In this document: positions 28,029-38,104 of the stretch, piece by piece
Position numbering within the stretch: the first letter of the stretch is position 1
Layout of the letters: each line of letters opens with the position of its first letter
Source: an uncultured Bdellovibrionales bacterium
GTDB lineage: Bacteria > Patescibacteriota > Minisyncoccia > Moranbacterales > UBA1568
Reading direction: 5' to 3'
Length of the DNA: 64,000 bases
NCBI GenBank assembly: GCA_964594215.1
Contig: CAZQLN010000001.1
Location: 39,638-103,637 of the forward strand
Translations under genes and position numbers: made by a program
Notes under the pieces: model-generated
What the model was told of the DNA's origin: nothing
The model's database searches: none
Seen by the model: only the letters and a program-made list of their open reading frames with translations

Positions 28029-29816
28029 ATGCGTACATGTCGAACCGGTCGCAAGCAAGGACCCCTCAATACTAGCGCTCTCACCTCTTTCGATTCTCGG
28101 AAGAGAGTGGTATTTTTGAGAATGGTATTTCTTCTTACGGGAGGGCTCATTTTTTTTCGATTATTTTTTTTACAAGTCGCTACTCACGATAAATGGGTGG
28201 CTCTGGCATTTGACTTACACCAAGCGGAAATAGAAATCACCGCTGACCGAGGAGAGGTTTTTATTCAGGATGGTGATCACACCTACCCTTTAGCTGTCAA
28301 TCGAGAATATCCTACAGTCTATCTTGTTCCTAAGGAGGTAGTTGAAAAAGACAAAATCGCCAATGAACTTTCACGCATTCTTCAGGTAGATCGAGACTTA
28401 CTTCTTTATAAGATGAGTAATCCCGAGGATCCATTTGAGATAGTTAAGAAAAAAGTTTCTGAAGACGAAAAGCGCCAGATCGAGGATTTGAAGCTAGCTG
28501 GAGTGCGTTTCCTAGGAGAAAAGTATCGCTATTATCCAGCCGGAGAACTCGCTTCTCATGTGATTGGTTTTGCCAGCATCCAAGATAATGGCCGAAGTAA
28601 AGCGGGGGGGTATGGTATCGAAGCTTCACTGGATAATCTACTTCGTGGCACGACGGGTAATTTGCGGCAAGAAAAAGACGCTGCCGGTCGTTGGTTGCCA
28701 CTGACTGATCGCGAGCTGACTAATGCAGAGAAGGGGGCTAATATAGAGCTAACTCTTGATCGTAACATTCAGTTTGAAACTGAAAAAATCATGCATGACG
28801 CTGTGGAGAAATACGCATCGGACAGGGCAAGTGCTATCGTTATGGATCCCAAGACAGGAAGAATCCTTGCTATGGCTTCCTCGCCACAGTTTGATCCGAA
28901 TCGCTATCGAGAAGTAGAAAACTATGCTGACTTTCTCAACACCACTCTTTCATTGGCCTACGAACCAGGTTCGATCATGAAACCAATTACGATGGCTATT
29001 GGTCTTGAGGAAGGTAAGGTAACTCCAGACAGTGAATTCAATGACCCGGGCACTATCTCTATCGGTGGCTACAATATCCATAACGCAGAAGAAAAAACCT
29101 ACGGTCAGAGTTCGATGTATAAGGTATTGGAACAGTCTATCAATACCGGAGTAATCTATGTGGAGCGTCAGGTAGGCAACGAGGCTTACCGTGACTATAT
29201 GAAGCGTTTTGGGTTTGGAGAGAAGACAGGTATAGAACTTCCAGCAGAACTCCCTGGAGATATCCGTAGTCTTGAGCGGACTAAGCAGGATATTCAGTTT
29301 TACACAGCTTCCTTTGGTCAGGGTATTACGACTACTCCGATACAGATGGTTCAGGCCTATGGAGCAATGGCTAATCATGGTGTCCTTATGAGGCCACAGA
29401 TTATCCGGCGTATCCAGTATGCTGATGGTCGTGTAGAGGAACGGGAACCAGAGCGTATTCGTCAAGTATTAGGAGAGAAGGCGAGTGAGGATATTGGTAA
29501 GATGCTTCGAACCGTAGTAACACGGGGTCATGGTAAGCGAGCTGATGTACCCGGTTATCTCGTTGGTGGTAAGACAGGTACTGCTCAGGTGGCCAAGAGT
29601 GGGAGCGCGGGTTACGAAGAGGGTATTACTATTGGATCGTTTGTCGGTTATGCACCTATTCAAGATCCAAAATTTGTTGTTCTCGTCAAATTAGATAATC
29701 CGAAAAACGTTGAGTGGGCTGAATCAAGTGCGGCACCAGCTTTTGGTGAAATTATGCGTTTTCTCCTCGAGTACGCTAAAGTAGAACCTACTGAAGATAC
29801 TCCCGTTAAGAACTAA
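28029..29816 (+). CDS. ftsI: class B penicillin-binding protein
   Basis: YEPGSIMK (SxxK), SIN, KTGTAQ; dcw position. Confidence 0.88.
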   Translation: MRTCRTGRKQGPLNTSALTSFDSRKRVVFLRMVFLLTGGLIFFRLFFLQVATHDKWVALAFDLHQAEIEITADRGEVFIQDGDHTYPLAVNREYPTVYLVPKEVVEKDKIANELSRILQVDRDLLLYKMSNPEDPFEIVKKKVSEDEKRQIEDLKLAGVRFLGEKYRYYPAGELASHVIGFASIQDNGRSKAGGYGIEASLDNLLRGTTGNLRQEKDAAGRWLPLTDRELTNAEKGANIELTLDRNIQFETEKIMHDAVEKYASDRASAIVMDPKTGRILAMASSPQFDPNRYREVENYADFLNTTLSLAYEPGSIMKPITMAIGLEEGKVTPDSEFNDPGTISIGGYNIHNAEEKTYGQSSMYKVLEQSINTGVIYVERQVGNEAYRDYMKRFGFGEKTGIELPAELPGDIRSLERTKQDIQFYTASFGQGITTTPIQMVQAYGAMANHGVLMRPQIIRRIQYADGRVEEREPERIRQVLGEKASEDIGKMLRTVVTRGHGKRADVPGYLVGGKTGTAQVAKSGSAGYEEGITIGSFVGYAPIQDPKFVVLVKLDNPKNVEWAESSAAPAFGEIMRFLLEYAKVEPTEDTPVKN

Positions 29817-29824
29817 ATACTGTT

Positions 29825-31144
29825 ATGTCACGACTTCTCCTCCAAAAAATGCTTCGCTTCATGGCCAGTACGGTCCTCATGAAGTATAAGCCAGAAATAG
29901 TAGGGATTACCGGTTCTATCGGTAAGAGCTCTACCAAAGAAGCTATTGCTCTTGTGCTTGAGCCGCATTTTCGAGTGCGTAAGAATGAGGGTAATTATAA
30001 TAATGAAATTGGTATCCCGCTTACTATTCTTGGTTGTAAGAGCGGGGGACGTTCGTTCATCGCCTGGCTTGGGATTATTCGACGTTGGTTTGCGTTGATT
30101 CTCTTTCCTCAGAGTTACCCAGAAATCCTTATTCTTGAAATGGGCATCGATCGTAAAGGAGATATGGATTATTTACTTTCTTTTGTACCTGTTTCTATTG
30201 GCGTAGCCACTCATGTGTCAGGTAGCCATCTAAAGAATTTTGGCAGCATCGCTAATATCGCCAAAGAAAAACGTAAATTGATTAAGCGGTTGCCGATGAC
30301 AGGTTACGCGATTCTCAATGCCGATAATGAATGGACAAGAAAAATGGAAGAGGTGACTGACGCTGAAGTCATTACGTATGGGTTTGTCGACACAGCAGAT
30401 ATTCGGGTAGACAATCTACTGTTTCATGGAGATGCGAGCAGTGTAGAAGGTTTTAGTTTCAAGTTGAACTATAAAGGGAAATCGGTGCCAATGCGTTTGC
30501 CGGTACTCCTCGCGAAACACCTTATTCCTTCAGTTCTGGCGGCGGTGGGTGTGGGTGTGGCGCTTAAACTTAATCTTGTAGAGATTGCACGATCTCTCGA
30601 GAGCTTCAAGTCTCTCCCAGGGCGTATGCACATGTTTCTCGGTATCAATAATTCTCGTATCATTGATGATACCTACAATGCCTCGCCAGCTTCAATGCGT
30701 GCCGCTATTACTACCTTGGCGCATATCCAGGCACCACGTAAAGGTGTGATTTTAGGAGATATGCTGGAACTTGGAGAGAAGAGCGATGAGGAGCACGCAA
30801 GTTTTGCTACTGATATCAAGCGAGCCAATGTATCTTTCGCATTGCTTGTAGGTCAGCATATGCACGCACTTTACCAAACTCTTCGCGAGAGCGGCTTTTC
30901 GGAAAAACAAGTGATGTGGTTTCCTGATCCAATGAGCGCGAGTGATTATGCTGTCGAGGTGGTACGAGCAGGAGATGTAGTTCTAATCAAAGGATCTCAA
31001 GGCGTACGCATGGAATTGGTGGTGGAGCGTCTGCTTGCTCAGCCGGAATTAGCATCGACATTGCTCTGCCGTCAAAGTGAAGTATGGAAGAAAATTCTGT
31101 TTACAGCACCAGAGGAGTGGCAAGACAAATCTAACTCGGCGTAA
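29825..31144 (+). CDS. murF: UDP-MurNAc-tripeptide D-Ala-D-Ala ligase
   Basis: GITGSIGKSSTK, NNEIG, DDTYNASP, GDMLELG, KGS. Confidence 0.9.
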   Translation: MSRLLLQKMLRFMASTVLMKYKPEIVGITGSIGKSSTKEAIALVLEPHFRVRKNEGNYNNEIGIPLTILGCKSGGRSFIAWLGIIRRWFALILFPQSYPEILILEMGIDRKGDMDYLLSFVPVSIGVATHVSGSHLKNFGSIANIAKEKRKLIKRLPMTGYAILNADNEWTRKMEEVTDAEVITYGFVDTADIRVDNLLFHGDASSVEGFSFKLNYKGKSVPMRLPVLLAKHLIPSVLAAVGVGVALKLNLVEIARSLESFKSLPGRMHMFLGINNSRIIDDTYNASPASMRAAITTLAHIQAPRKGVILGDMLELGEKSDEEHASFATDIKRANVSFALLVGQHMHALYQTLRESGFSEKQVMWFPDPMSASDYAVEVVRAGDVVLIKGSQGVRMELVVERLLAQPELASTLLCRQSEVWKKILFTAPEEWQDKSNSA

Positions 31145-31238
31145 GACGGTATTGCCGGGGGAGAGGATTCTTTGTATGATAAAGAAGAAGGGGGAACTCA
31201 TTAAATCAGTAACTAATGTAATTCTTAGTACAAGACGT

Positions 31239-31670
31239 ATGACAGAGAATGAAAAAGACAGGGAGTTTGTAGAGTATGTTGTGAAGATGCTCGTTGATAA
31301 ACCAGAAGATGTCAAGGTGGAACGTAAGATCGATGAAATGGGCGTACTGATTACTCTTGATGTGAACCCGCAAGATATGGGTATGGTAATTGGTCGTGAA
31401 GGAATGACTGCCAAGGCTCTTCGTACTTTACTTCGTGTCATTGGTGCTCGCAACAATGCCCGAGTAAATCTCAAGATCAATGAACCAGAAGGGAGTACTC
31501 GTCCACCGCGTGAACCAAGAGAGAACCGAGAAAACCGCGAGCCACGAGATAACAGGGAATCAAGTGATGGGGAGGATCGTGGTACAGTCAACGATATTCC
31601 GCCACGTGAACCAGAAGCTCCTGCAGAGAAGCGTAGTCTCGACGACGTCATGAACGATATCCAGATCTAG
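31239..31670 (+). CDS. khpA: KH-domain RNA-binding protein
   Basis: LVDKPEDV, DMGMVIGREG, ALRTLL; low-complexity charged tail. Confidence 0.88.
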   Translation: MTENEKDREFVEYVVKMLVDKPEDVKVERKIDEMGVLITLDVNPQDMGMVIGREGMTAKALRTLLRVIGARNNARVNLKINEPEGSTRPPREPRENRENREPRDNRESSDGEDRGTVNDIPPREPEAPAEKRSLDDVMNDIQI

Positions 31671-31689
31671 ATATAAGAGTACAAGTTTC

Positions 31690-31717
31690 AAAAAGGCGCC
31701 CAAATTGGGCGTTTTTT
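31690..31717 (+). terminator. intrinsic terminator
   Basis: AAAAAGGCGCCCA-AAT-TGGGCGTTTTTT. Confidence 0.8.
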
Positions 31718-31734
31718 GTATCTACTAAGAACTA

Positions 31735-31763
31735 TTGACAAAAGAGTAAAAATATGCTAATAT
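31735..31763 (+). promoter_or_regulatory. sigma70 promoter
   Basis: TTGACA-N17-TAATAT with TGn extension. Confidence 0.7.
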
Positions 31764-31776
31764 AGGAGGTCAATCA

Positions 31777-32478
31777 TTGATTGATGCCTATGACGCAGAG
31801 GGTGTCATAGAGGAAGGGGAGTTAGAGTACATGAACAATTCTGTAGTAGGAGTTTCTCAGTCTGGCCTTGAAAAGCTTGGCTGGAACAGGGGAGAAGGTG
31901 ACGTCCTTCTCATCAATCCCACCAAGGGCAAGGTGATACAGGTCGCCGTGGTGAAGCCGGACGGCTCGCCTATTTACGACCAGTTTCTCCACGCGGAACC
32001 GATCGGTGCCATTACGGTACCAGTCAATTCCAGGGGTGAAATCGGAATCGTTACGGCCTGGCGTTGGACGGCTGATCCGGATCTTTACGACTACGAAACG
32101 ATCGAGGACAACCTCGATATTATCGGACGCGAATCCGTTGAGGTGCCACGGGGTTTTCCCATGAAGGGAGAGGCTGCGGCGCAGACGGCGGCTCGCGAAG
32201 GAGGAGAAGAACTGGGTAGCCCAGTCACTTCGGTAACTCCGATTGGCGTTGTCACCGCCAATACAGCATTCAATCCGCATCAAATACCGGTATACCTGGC
32301 GGTGGTCGATGAGACCTTTGAAGGGGATATCCCTGGCGATGTTAATGAGAGTATTCTCAAGGTCACCTGGGTTTCACCGGCCGAAATCTTCGCCAAAATT
32401 CAAGGTAAGGAGGTCTACTGCGGACTGACGCTTTCGGCCATCATGCTCGCTTTTGCACATGGTGCCGTGTCGCTCTAA
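31777..32478 (+). CDS. NUDIX hydrolase (ADP-ribose pyrophosphatase-like)
   Basis: Nudix box G-x5-E-x7-REGGEELG; the start may instead be ATG 31831. Confidence 0.8.
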   Translation: MIDAYDAEGVIEEGELEYMNNSVVGVSQSGLEKLGWNRGEGDVLLINPTKGKVIQVAVVKPDGSPIYDQFLHAEPIGAITVPVNSRGEIGIVTAWRWTADPDLYDYETIEDNLDIIGRESVEVPRGFPMKGEAAAQTAAREGGEELGSPVTSVTPIGVVTANTAFNPHQIPVYLAVVDETFEGDIPGDVNESILKVTWVSPAEIFAKIQGKEVYCGLTLSAIMLAFAHGAVSL

Positions 32479-32626
32479 GGAGCATTTGGGGCGGAGGGAT
32501 CACTGATCTCTCCGCCTCAAACCATTTCTACCACTTTCTGTACTTTCAGAAGGTGGTTTTTTCTTTTGCCAAGAAGTCGTTTTTTGGCTATAATGCTATT
32601 GATTTATCAGATTAATGGAACTTTTT

Positions 32627-33655
32627 ATGAATCTTCTTGTTTGTGGTGGAGCTGGTTTTATCGGCTCAAATTTTGTCAGATACATGCTCGAGACATACCC
32701 AGACATTAAGCTTGTTAACTATGACAAGCTTACCTATGCAGGGAACCTTGAAAATCTAAGCGACATTGATACGCTTCCAAACTATACTTTTATTCAGGGG
32801 GACATCATTGATCTTGAGCGTTTGAACGAGGTGATGAAACAGCATGAAATCACGCATGTGATCAACTTTGCTGCCGAAACCCACGTAGATCGGTCTATTC
32901 ATGGAGGGGCCAAAGAGTTTGTCATGACCAATACTTTAGGAGTGCAGATGATTCTAGATGCTGTTCGTGAGAATGAGATTGAGAAGTTTGTGAATGTTTC
33001 CACCGATGAGGTCTATGGAGCCCTTGAACTTGATGCTGAAGACTTGTTTACGGAAGATACACCGATTATGCCTAACATGCCTTACGCAGCAGCGAAGGCG
33101 GGGGGTGATCTTATGTGTAACGCTTACTATGTGACTCATGGTGTACCAGTCGTAGTCACCCACTGTTCCAATAACTATGGACCATACCAGTTTCCAGAAA
33201 AGCTGATTCCATATTTTGTTTTTAAACTAATGGCTGGTGAAAAAGTACCTATCTACGGAGACGGTCTCAATGTTCGTGATTGGATACATGTTCGTGATCA
33301 TGCTAAGGCTTTGGACCTTTTACTTCGCAAAGGTAAGCCGGGCGAGGTCTACAATATTGGCTCAGATAATGAGCGCAATAACAAAGAGATCACACACATG
33401 CTTCTCAAGATTCTTGGTAAGGATGAGAGTAGTATTGAATATGTCAAAGATCGTCCAGGCCATGACCGTCGTTACGGGATTGATGCTACGAAAATTACTG
33501 ATCTTGGTTGGACGCCAGATTATCCGCGTGAGAAGTTCGAAGAAGGACTCCATGATACGGTACAGTGGTACTTACAAAATACTGACTGGGTAGATAATTT
33601 AAACAAACGCAAAGAAGAAATGAATTCTTGGCAAGAGAGTTTCCTTAAGAAATAA
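32627..33655 (+). CDS. rfbB: dTDP-glucose 4,6-dehydratase
   Basis: GGAGFIG, DKLTYAGN, AAETHVDRSI, STDEVYG, RPGHDRRY. Confidence 0.95.
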   Translation: MNLLVCGGAGFIGSNFVRYMLETYPDIKLVNYDKLTYAGNLENLSDIDTLPNYTFIQGDIIDLERLNEVMKQHEITHVINFAAETHVDRSIHGGAKEFVMTNTLGVQMILDAVRENEIEKFVNVSTDEVYGALELDAEDLFTEDTPIMPNMPYAAAKAGGDLMCNAYYVTHGVPVVVTHCSNNYGPYQFPEKLIPYFVFKLMAGEKVPIYGDGLNVRDWIHVRDHAKALDLLLRKGKPGEVYNIGSDNERNNKEITHMLLKILGKDESSIEYVKDRPGHDRRYGIDATKITDLGWTPDYPREKFEEGLHDTVQWYLQNTDWVDNLNKRKEEMNSWQESFLKK

Positions 33656-33667
33656 TACTGTAAAGAT

Positions 33668-34081
33668 ATGGATTTAGTGTACAAGATATCACAGGTCAAA
33701 AGCATCCAAGCGCCAAATTTTATCATGCATCCAGCGGAACTCAAGGACTTCATTGATTTTGAGGTGAAGCGCATTTACTATATCACTGATACTACTGGCG
33801 CTACTGGCGCCCACTGTCACCTCCAAGAAAATGAACTCTTTGTCTTGATCCAAGGCACATGTGTGGCCGTAGTAGATCAGGGACAAGGACTTGAAGAAAT
33901 TCCTATGGTGCAAAACGATGCTCACTATGTGGGTAACTATGTTTGGCATCATTTTAAGGACTTTTCGTCAGATGCCGTACTTTTAGCACTCTCATCTACC
34001 AACTATAACCCTGATCGTAGTGATTATATTGAAGATTACGATACTTATTTGACCACTCGCAAGGAAAAATTTGGGGTGTAG
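33668..34081 (+). CDS. FdtA/QdtA (WxcM-like) cupin sugar 3,4-ketoisomerase family protein
   Basis: FEVKRIYYI, GAHCH, WH, LLALSS..Y...DYI. Confidence 0.82.
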   Translation: MDLVYKISQVKSIQAPNFIMHPAELKDFIDFEVKRIYYITDTTGATGAHCHLQENELFVLIQGTCVAVVDQGQGLEEIPMVQNDAHYVGNYVWHHFKDFSSDAVLLALSSTNYNPDRSDYIEDYDTYLTTRKEKFGV

Positions 34082-34100
34082 GATTTTGGTGGAAATTAGC

Positions 34101-34128
34101 AAAAAAGCATCTTCCCGGATGCTTTTTT
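34101..34128 (+). terminator. intrinsic terminator
   Basis: AAAAAAGCATC...GATGCTTTTTT. Confidence 0.8.
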
Positions 34129-34193
34129 CATTTGAATTCCAACCTTTAAAGCAATCTGGTATAATGACCTAGTTAGCCTTTGAATATACATGT

Positions 34194-35126
34194 ATGGCAG
34201 AAAAAGTAGTGGTCTTAGGTAGTTTAGGGATGCTTGGTCAGGAGCTGACTGATTTGTTTGTGCACGACCCTCGTTATGAGGTGGTTGCCTGGGATAAGAA
34301 TGATGTAGATGTGACTGATTTTGCGACTCTTAGAGAAAAGCTCACTGAAGTACATCCGAGTATTATTTTTAACTGCGTGGCGTATAATGCGGTAGACTTA
34401 GCAGAGGAGAATGATGAAGAATATCAGAAGGCTCTTCTCTTGAATCGTGATGTGCCCGGAGAGTTGGCTGTCATTGCCAATGATCTTGATGCTACACTTA
34501 TTCATTTTTCTTCTGACTATGTCTTTGATGGCACTATCGAAGAAAAGAAAAGCGGCGGAGGTTGTGGCAACAGTTCATGTTGTGGCGGTAACTGTCATGG
34601 TGGCGGAGAGAAAGGTTATGGTGAAGGAGCTTTTCCGAATCCCACCTCACGTTATGCTGAGAGCAAGGCTTTAGGTGAACAAGCGGTGGTCATGAATGCT
34701 AAAAAATACTATTTGGTACGCCTCTCGAAACTTTTTGGTAAACCAGGGATTTCCGAGGCTGCCAAACGAAGCTTTTTTGACGTCATGCTTGAGGCTGGTA
34801 AGAACAAACCAGAAGTGCAGGTGGTTGATAGTGAGAAGAGTTGTTTCACCTATGCTCCAGATTTGGCTATGGCCGTCAAAGATCTTATCGAAGATGGTGA
34901 TCAGTATGGTATTTACCATCTTCCTAATACGGGCGCTGTTACCTGGTATGAGGCTGTCCAAGAACTTTATCGTCAAGCAGGACTGACTACCACCATTACC
35001 CCAGTCACGCCAGAGGCCTTCCCGCGAGCAGCTTCGCGTCCAGTATTTTCAGCGCTTATCAATACCAAGCGTCCACCACTACGTCGTTATGAAGTAGCGT
35101 TAGCAGAATATCTGTCCGATAAATAA
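34194..35126 (+). CDS. rfbD: dTDP-4-dehydrorhamnose reductase
   Basis: GSLGMLG, AYNAVDLAE, SSDYVFDG, YAESK, RAASRP. Confidence 0.9.
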   Translation: MAEKVVVLGSLGMLGQELTDLFVHDPRYEVVAWDKNDVDVTDFATLREKLTEVHPSIIFNCVAYNAVDLAEENDEEYQKALLLNRDVPGELAVIANDLDATLIHFSSDYVFDGTIEEKKSGGGCGNSSCCGGNCHGGGEKGYGEGAFPNPTSRYAESKALGEQAVVMNAKKYYLVRLSKLFGKPGISEAAKRSFFDVMLEAGKNKPEVQVVDSEKSCFTYAPDLAMAVKDLIEDGDQYGIYHLPNTGAVTWYEAVQELYRQAGLTTTITPVTPEAFPRAASRPVFSALINTKRPPLRRYEVALAEYLSDK

Positions 35127-35138
35127 TAGTAGACCTCT

Positions 35139-36386
35139 ATGAAAAAACCCTTTCTCCAAAAACAAGATCCCAAAGTCTACGAAGCCATCCTTGCTGAAGA
35201 AAAGCGTCAGCGCAACGGTCTTGAGATGATTGCTTCTGAAAATTATGTTTCCGAAGCAGTCTTAGAAACGCTCGGAAGTATTTTTACGAATAAATATTCG
35301 GAGGGCTATCCAGGCAAGCGTTACTATGGAGGTCAAGAATACACTGACGTGATAGAAAGTCTGGCACGCGAGAGAGCTCAGAAAATTTTTGGGGCTGAAC
35401 ACGCTAATGTCCAACCACTTTCTGGTGCACCAGCCAACATCGCTGCCTATGCGGCCCTTCTTGAACCAGGGGACTGTATTTTGGGCATGGATCTCTCTCA
35501 TGGCGGACATTTGACTCATGGTCATCCAGCTACCACGATGACTAAGGTTTATCGCTTTGTACGCTACAAGACTGAACCGGACGGTACTATTGATTATGCA
35601 AAACTTCTCAAATTAGCTAAGAAAGAAAAACCAAAACTTATCTTGGCTGGCTTTTCTTCATACACACGAGCTTTGGACTATGCCAAGTTTGCTTCTATTG
35701 CCAAAGCAGTGGGAGCGAGAAGTATGATGGACATGGCTCACATCGCCGGTCTTGTAGCCGCTAAGGTAGTCCCAAGTCCTGTGCCTCATTTTGATGTGGT
35801 AACGCTTACCACTCACAAATCACTGCGCGGGCCGCGTGGGGGTATGATTCTCTGCAAGAAAGAATTTGCCAAAGCAGTAGATAAGGCTGTGTTTCCAGGT
35901 ATTCAGGGGGGACCTCATATGAACAACATTGCTGCCAAGGCAGTGGCTTTTGGGGAAGTTCTAAGCCCAGGTTTCAAGAAGTATGGTAAACAGATGCTGA
36001 AGAATGCCAAGACTTTGGAAAAAACTTTCCGTAAGCACGGGGGAGCAATTCTCTTTGGCGGCACTGAAAACCATATGATCATGCTTGATGTGATGACTAC
36101 GTACGGTATTACAGGTCGTGTTGCTGAAGAGCGTCTGGACGCTATTGGAATTACAGTGAACAAAAACGTGATCCCCGACGATCCTCGTGGGCCGATGGAT
36201 CCTAGCGGAATCAGAGTGGGCGTGCCAGCGTTGACTACGCGTAATATGAAAGAAAGGGAAGTGCAACAGATAGCTCTTTGGATGCATGAAGCCATGCAGA
36301 CAGATGATACCAAGCTTCAACAAGCTCTTCGCAAGAAAGTGACTACTCTGTGTAAAAAATTCCCAGTCCCTAAAAAATTTATTTAA
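35139..36386 (+). CDS. glyA: serine hydroxymethyltransferase
   Basis: IASEN, NKYSEGYPGKRYYGG, HGGHLTHG, TTHKSLRGPRGG. Confidence 0.97.
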   Translation: MKKPFLQKQDPKVYEAILAEEKRQRNGLEMIASENYVSEAVLETLGSIFTNKYSEGYPGKRYYGGQEYTDVIESLARERAQKIFGAEHANVQPLSGAPANIAAYAALLEPGDCILGMDLSHGGHLTHGHPATTMTKVYRFVRYKTEPDGTIDYAKLLKLAKKEKPKLILAGFSSYTRALDYAKFASIAKAVGARSMMDMAHIAGLVAAKVVPSPVPHFDVVTLTTHKSLRGPRGGMILCKKEFAKAVDKAVFPGIQGGPHMNNIAAKAVAFGEVLSPGFKKYGKQMLKNAKTLEKTFRKHGGAILFGGTENHMIMLDVMTTYGITGRVAEERLDAIGITVNKNVIPDDPRGPMDPSGIRVGVPALTTRNMKEREVQQIALWMHEAMQTDDTKLQQALRKKVTTLCKKFPVPKKFI

Positions 36387-36393
36387 ACAAATT

Positions 36394-37191
36394 ATGAAAG
36401 GCATTATTCTCGCCGGTGGTACTGGCACAAGGCTTCTCCCAGCAACAGCTGTAGTTTCTAAACAACTACTTCCAGTCTATGATCGGCCAATGATTTTTTA
36501 TCCATTGAATACGCTCATCAAAGCAGGGATTCGAGATATCCTAGTCATTGTTTCTCCAGACCACTCAGGGAATTATCTTAATCTTCTAGGATCACTTCTT
36601 GAGAAATACGGTGTGCGCATGAGTTTTATCGTGCAACGCAGTCCACGCGGCTTGGCGGATGCCTATATTTTGGCTGAAGACTTTCTTGATGGAGAGCCGA
36701 GTGTCATGATTCTTGGTGATAATATCTTTGAAGATGATTTTACTGAAGCCATAAAAACTTTTGAGAAGGGTGGCCGTATTTTTGCTGTTAAAGTCTCGGA
36801 CGCTGAACGTTTTGGGGTTGTGGAATTTCATCCAGAAAATCAGACAGTTATTTCTATCGAAGAAAAGCCAGCAACACCTAAGAGTGACTACGCTATCCCC
36901 GGACTTTATATTTTTGATGGTCGAGCTTCAGCTATTGCTAAAACTCTCACCCCGTCGGCTCGTGGAGAAATTGAGATCGTTGATATTCACAAAAGTTATC
37001 TCAAAGACAATGAACTCGATGTTCGTGTGACTGAAGGCGCCTGGTTTGATACAGGAACTCACGACTCACTTCTCGAAGCAAGTGTTTTTGCCAAAGAGCA
37101 TGAATTAGGTAAGAATTTCGATCCGATATTGATAGAAGCACTTGAAGAACATAACAAAGAAATTAAAAGATACGTCGCCCTCAAACAATAA
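36394..37191 (+). CDS. rfbA: glucose-1-phosphate thymidylyltransferase
   Basis: LAGGTGTRL, SKQLLPVYD, EKP, RGEIEI, WFDTGT. Confidence 0.92.
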   Translation: MKGIILAGGTGTRLLPATAVVSKQLLPVYDRPMIFYPLNTLIKAGIRDILVIVSPDHSGNYLNLLGSLLEKYGVRMSFIVQRSPRGLADAYILAEDFLDGEPSVMILGDNIFEDDFTEAIKTFEKGGRIFAVKVSDAERFGVVEFHPENQTVISIEEKPATPKSDYAIPGLYIFDGRASAIAKTLTPSARGEIEIVDIHKSYLKDNELDVRVTEGAWFDTGTHDSLLEASVFAKEHELGKNFDPILIEALEEHNKEIKRYVALKQ

Positions 37192-37195
37192 CCAT

Positions 37196-38083
37196 ATGTC
37201 AGATCAAACAAACAAAGTCAAAAAAGCCATTCTTCCAGTTGCTGGTTTTGGAACTCGCTTCTTGCCTGCTACGAAGGCACAGCCAAAAGAAATGCTCTCG
37301 GTAGTAGATAAGCCAGTGATCCAGTATCTTGTAGAAGAAGCTGTTGCTTCTGGTATTGAGGAAATTATTTTTGTAACTGGTCGTGGCAAACGTGCTATCG
37401 AGGATCATTTTGATGTTTCCTATGAACTCGAAGATACACTAGTTGAGAAGAATAAACATGAACTATTGGAGACAGTACAGAAGATTTCTGGTCTAGCTAA
37501 ATTTTCCTATGTACGTCAGCCAGTGCCGATGGGAGACGGTCATGCAATTCTCTGTGCCAAGCACCTCGTTAATGAAGGCGAGGCAGTGGCAGTTCTTTTC
37601 GGTGATGATCTAGTAGATAGTGAAGTACCAGCTATCAAACAACTTCTTTCCGTCTATGAACGTTATGGAGATTCAGTCGTAGCTCTTTCACAAGTAGATC
37701 CTGATGAAGTATCTAAGTTTGGTGTTGTAGCGACTACAGAATTGAGTGAGGGCACGCATGAAATTACCAAATTTGTCGAGAAGCCAAAAAAAGAAGACGC
37801 TCCATCCAATCTGGTTTCTATTGGTAAGTACATCATCACTTGGGATATGCTTGAGACACTTGAGGGCCTTCAGGAAGGTAGTAGCGATGGAGAGGTGCGT
37901 TTAGCCGATGCTTTCATCAAGCACCTCGCTAATGATAAAGCTCTCTACGGTCATGAGATAGAAGGGGAGCGGCATGATTGTGGTGACAAATTTGGTTTCG
38001 TTAAAGCCACGATTGCTCTAGGACTTAAACACCCTGAAGTAGGAGCTAAGTTGAAAGAATATCTTAAGAACCTCAAAATCTAA
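37196..38083 (+). CDS. galU: UTP-glucose-1-phosphate uridylyltransferase
   Basis: AGFGTRFLPATKAQPKEML, AIEDHFD, VRQ. Confidence 0.93.
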   Translation: MSDQTNKVKKAILPVAGFGTRFLPATKAQPKEMLSVVDKPVIQYLVEEAVASGIEEIIFVTGRGKRAIEDHFDVSYELEDTLVEKNKHELLETVQKISGLAKFSYVRQPVPMGDGHAILCAKHLVNEGEAVAVLFGDDLVDSEVPAIKQLLSVYERYGDSVVALSQVDPDEVSKFGVVATTELSEGTHEITKFVEKPKKEDAPSNLVSIGKYIITWDMLETLEGLQEGSSDGEVRLADAFIKHLANDKALYGHEIEGERHDCGDKFGFVKATIALGLKHPEVGAKLKEYLKNLKI

Positions 38084-38104
38084 CTCACCATAAAAAGATA
38101 GCCT

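Noticed and set aside
31500-31620. Short repeats in the khpA tail (REPRENRENREPRDNRE)
   Set aside because: Ordinary low-complexity charged protein tail
31049-31651. Long antisense or alternate-frame ORFs (this 200-aa one, also 28950-29465, 47627-48139, 51486-51998)
   Set aside because: Shadows of well-supported genes on the other strand, without their own signals or motifs
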